DNA of 64,000 nt, taken from contig CAWDYW010000003.1 of the NCBI GenBank assembly GCA_963806855.1, positions 480,001 to 544,000 of the forward strand. The letters are read 5' to 3'. The position numbers and the translations under genes are program-made. The stretch is from an uncultured Verrucomicrobiae bacterium (GTDB taxonomy: Bacteria > Chlamydiota > Chlamydiia > Chlamydiales > Rhabdochlamydiaceae). Positions 60,853 through 64,000 of the stretch are shown here, piece by piece; position 1 is the stretch's first letter; each line of letters begins with the position of its first letter. The notes under the pieces were generated by a model that was given only the letters and a program-made list of their open reading frames with translations, was not told the DNA's origin and did not search any database.

Positions 60853-62308
60853 ATGGAATGGATTCAATTTTACTGGTTTGCCACCTTTTGGTCAATCCGA
60901 TTGCGCAGATCAGGGAGGTGAGGGCGATCACAGTGGGGTAGGAAAGGGAGTTAACGAAAATTTTGAAATTGAGGATCTCAGGGGGATTGGCGATGATTTG
61001 GAGGAGCCATTTGGTATAGAGGGCGTTGAGTTTGCCGAGCGGTGGGAGGAGGATGCCAAGGGGGAGGAGCATGATCGCGATGCCGAGCAGGGGGGTGAGG
61101 AAGAGATTGTAGGGGAGGCTGAGCAGCGGGAAGCAATTAAAAATATAGAGCATAGCGGGCAGGGTGATGAAATGGACGGCGAGGTTGAGGGCGAGGCCGC
61201 TGCGGATGGCGGAGGCGAGCAGGTAGCCATGTTGGTCGAGTAGGGGTAGTTGTTTGAGCTCTGTGAGTTTGCGTGAGGGGAGGAGGAAATGGAGAAATTG
61301 GGTGAATGGGGTGTGGAAGAGGAGGATTCCGAGGGTGGCGAGGAAGCTGAGCTGAAAGCCGATGTTGGTGATCGTGAGCGGATCGAGGAGCAGTTCGAAG
61401 AGTAGGGCGGCGCCGAGGAGATTGAGTGGGTCGCTGCGCCGTTTGAGGAGGAGGCTCAACACGTAGAGGGTGATCATGAGGAAGGCCCGTAGGATGGAAG
61501 GGGTAATGCCTAAAAAGATAAAGTAGAGGAGCAAGAGCCCCAATAGAATGATGTAGGCGGGGCGCGGGGGAAGTGCGGCACGGAGGAGGGTGCCGAGAAG
61601 TGCGGCGATGAGGGCGAAATGGAAGCCGGAGATGGCGAGGATGTGGCCAAGGCCCACTTTGCGAAATTCCATGGCGAGGAGCCACTCGTCGATATCGCCG
61701 GTGGCAATGGAGGCGAAAAAATGAGAGGTTCGGGGATCGGGGACGGTTTTATGAAAATAGCGGCGCACTGCTTCTTTACATTGAAAGCGGAGGTGGACTA
61801 GGGAGAGGTGGTCCTGGAGCTTTTCCCATGGTATATTTTTGTCGGGCTTGAAGAGGAAGCGTTCTTTATTTTCGAGTGTACCGTGGATGTGCCATTTGGT
61901 TCCGGAAGGGGGAGCTTTGTTTTGAATGAGTGTGCAAGGGATATTGGTGTAGGTTTTTCCATTAGCTTCAAAGGTTTTCAGCACTCCTTTTAGAGCGATG
62001 GAACGTTTGAAGGGTGACTGGGTCGGCTGGAGCGCCTCAAGGGAAAAGATTCCATGGCCCTGGAGTGTGGGCTCTGTAGGTAATGTGAATTTAAAAAGAG
62101 TGATCCCGCAACCGGCAATAACGAGGAGCCAACCTACCCATTTTCTCTTCGAAAAAAGGGTGAGTAGAGCGAGAGGGAGAAGATAGATCCAATGGGGGTA
62201 AAGAGCGAAAGCGCAGCCGATGAGGAAATGGAGTCCCCAAAGTAGCAATGGCGAGCTATCGCTTGCGAGGGAGTTCTTGTTCAATGGAACGGTAAATAAG
62301 ACGGACAC
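60842..62308 (-). CDS. comEC: ComEC/Rec2 competence membrane protein
   Basis: GLGHILAISGFH, PSILRA..M, GFQLSF.AT; start uncertain. Confidence 0.92.
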   Translation of the reverse strand: MSVLFTVPLNKNSLASDSSPLLLWGLHFLIGCAFALYPHWIYLLPLALLTLFSKRKWVGWLLVIAGCGITLFKFTLPTEPTLQGHGIFSLEALQPTQSPFKRSIALKGVLKTFEANGKTYTNIPCTLIQNKAPPSGTKWHIHGTLENKERFLFKPDKNIPWEKLQDHLSLVHLRFQCKEAVRRYFHKTVPDPRTSHFFASIATGDIDEWLLAMEFRKVGLGHILAISGFHFALIAALLGTLLRAALPPRPAYIILLGLLLLYFIFLGITPSILRAFLMITLYVLSLLLKRRSDPLNLLGAALLFELLLDPLTITNIGFQLSFLATLGILLFHTPFTQFLHFLLPSRKLTELKQLPLLDQHGYLLASAIRSGLALNLAVHFITLPAMLYIFNCFPLLSLPYNLFLTPLLGIAIMLLPLGILLPPLGKLNALYTKWLLQIIANPPEILNFKIFVNSLSYPTVIALTSLICAIGLTKRWQTSKIESIPWRS

Positions 62309-63524
62309 CTCTTTGCCCTGTAACGAAGCAGTAAAACCATTCGACCATTACAGCAAATCGGTTGCGGAATCCGATCAGATAGACGATGTGGATGAAACAC
62401 CAGGCGAGCCAAGCGAGGAAGCCTGTGATTTTGAGTTTGCCCATCATGGCGATCGCTTTTTTTGTTCCGATGGTGGCCATGCTCCCCTTGTCGAAATACT
62501 TGAAAGGCGAGCGGTCCTCTTTGGGCACTTGCTTTTTGATGATTTTTGCCACATATTTCCCCTGCTGGATCGCAGTAGGAGCGATTCCGGGCAGCGGCTT
62601 GCCATCGTTGTCTTTGGCAAGAGCAGCGTCGCCAATGACGAACACTTCGGGGTGGCCAGGGATCGTGAGATCGGGTTCGACGATAACGCGGCCAGCACGG
62701 TCGAGGGGGACGTCGAGGCTTTTGAGGAGGGGAGATGCCTGGTTGCCCGCAGCCCAAATGATGTTGACCGACGGGATGAATTCGTCTTCGATTTGGACCC
62801 CTTCTTCGGTGATATTGGTCACTTTTTTCTTAGTGATGACCCGCACGCCCATCTCTTTGAGATCGTTTTCGGCATGGATGCCGAGGCTCTCGGGATACAT
62901 GGGGAGGATGTGGGGCAATGCTTCGATGAGATAGATCTTTGACCGCTCAGGTTTGATCCGCCGAAAGTTCTTAAACAGCGTTTTGTTAGCGATTTCGGCG
63001 ATTGCTCCGGCCATTTCAACGCCAGTTGGTCCGCCGCCGATGATGACGAAGTTGAGATATTTTTCGGCCTCAGAGATCAGGTCCATCCGCTCAGCTTTTT
63101 CAAAAGAGATCAGCACTTGCTCGCGGATTTTTAGGGCATCTTGGATTGTCTTTAAGCCGGGGGCGAGGGGTTCCCATTGGTCATTGCCGAAATAGGAGTG
63201 GCGCGCGCCTGTTGCCAGGACTAGATAATCGTAGGATATCGTGTCACCATTTTGGAGCACCAACTTTCTCCCTTTGGTGTCGATCTTTTCGACATCACCC
63301 ATAATCACCGAGGTGTTCTCTTGATGGCGCAAAATTTCGCGGATCGGAGTGGCGATTTCTCCAGGGGAGAGGGCGGCTGTTGCAACTTGATAAAGAAGAG
63401 GTTGGAAGAGATGGTGATTGGTTTTATCGATGAGGAGGATATCGAGATCAGCTTTTTTCAAAGCTTTTGCAACGGTCAGACCTCCAAAACCGCCTCCGAC
63501 GATGACCAGTTTGGTGTGGGGCAT
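62256..63524 (-). CDS. ndh: Type II NADH dehydrogenase-like FAD oxidoreductase
   Basis: GGGFGG, LFQPLLYQVAT, GGGPTGVE.AG, WAAG, DKGSMATIG. Confidence 0.93.
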   Translation of the reverse strand: MPHTKLVIVGGGFGGLTVAKALKKADLDILLIDKTNHHLFQPLLYQVATAALSPGEIATPIREILRHQENTSVIMGDVEKIDTKGRKLVLQNGDTISYDYLVLATGARHSYFGNDQWEPLAPGLKTIQDALKIREQVLISFEKAERMDLISEAEKYLNFVIIGGGPTGVEMAGAIAEIANKTLFKNFRRIKPERSKIYLIEALPHILPMYPESLGIHAENDLKEMGVRVITKKKVTNITEEGVQIEDEFIPSVNIIWAAGNQASPLLKSLDVPLDRAGRVIVEPDLTIPGHPEVFVIGDAALAKDNDGKPLPGIAPTAIQQGKYVAKIIKKQVPKEDRSPFKYFDKGSMATIGTKKAIAMMGKLKITGFLAWLAWCFIHIVYLIGFRNRFAVMVEWFYCFVTGQRGVRLIYRSIEQELPRKR

Positions 63525-63593
63525 ACTTCTCTCTTTTAAAAAACGGTATTCTCCCATAAACTTAACTTAAAGACAATTCATTGGCAAACAGAA

Positions 63594-64000
63594 ATGGTAT
63601 ACGTTGAGGACCTGCTTCGTGAGCATGGCAAATCTCTTGGGCTCGATCTAATCGTTGGCAATGAGAAATTGAGACGGAAGATTCCCCGGCCAGAGATTCA
63701 TCGCCCGGGATTAAGCTTAGCCGGCTTCATGAAAAAATTTGTCCCGAACCGGCTGCTGGTGTTTGGCAATAGTGAGGTGCTCTATCTCAAAGAATTGCCT
63801 GCCGAAATGCAAATCGAGCGGCTCAAAGCGATTTTGACCGATGCGACGCCTGCAGTGATCGTCGCCGGAAGATATATTATTCCAAAGAAAATCGTCCAAA
63901 TTTGCCGCGAAAAGAAGATCCCCCTCTTCAAGACCTCACTTCCTACAACCGAGTTCCTCAGCAAAGCCACCTCGCTGCTCGTCGATGAATTTGCTCCGAT
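63594..64000 (+). CDS. hprK: HPr kinase/phosphorylase (5' part)
   Basis: Not in the ORF track. Manual translation MVYVEDLL...IHRPGLSLAGF...R..VFG.SE..YL, open to the window edge. Confidence 0.9.
   Translation, partial: MVYVEDLLREHGKSLGLDLIVGNEKLRRKIPRPEIHRPGLSLAGFMKKFVPNRLLVFGNSEVLYLKELPAEMQIERLKAILTDATPAVIVAGRYIIPKKIVQICREKKIPLFKTSLPTTEFLSKATSLLVDEFAP

Overview
This window looks like chromosome from an environmental chlamydia (phylum Chlamydiota, probably Simkania/Rhabdochlamydia-like). That placement is inferred from gene content: a fused E1 alpha/beta, UPF0158, the zntA-VIT-serS and yycJ-ftsK neighbourhoods, and four MOMP-like porins. GC-richer core genes (hrcA-grpE-dnaK with CIRCE, gdh, zntA, M18 peptidase, serS, ftsK, uppP, comEC, ndh, hprK, tRNA-His) alternate with AT-rich accessory blocks of effector-like genes (RING, YopT-like protease, 4 F-box, ankyrin/J-domain). 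Main observations: (1) at two unrelated core genes (yycJ and zntA), accessory genes are separated by displaced copies of the core gene's own 3' end that differ largely at synonymous sites. This suggests stacking of cargo at gene ends with no integrase in view. (2) A complete IscB/omegaRNA element with definable ends, a flank-derived guide and a candidate ATGA TAM sits in a gene that has also lost its ATPase core. (3) A 165-bp palindromic element is translated in frame inside a BPL_N gene. (4) An AlbA-ATPase gene is bracketed by 48-bp palindromic direct repeats. (5) A TPP riboswitch-THI5 operon ends in a 21-codon thiD stump. Dense frameshifts in dnaK and ftsK are most likely assembly errors. 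All calls are by eye; no searches were run.
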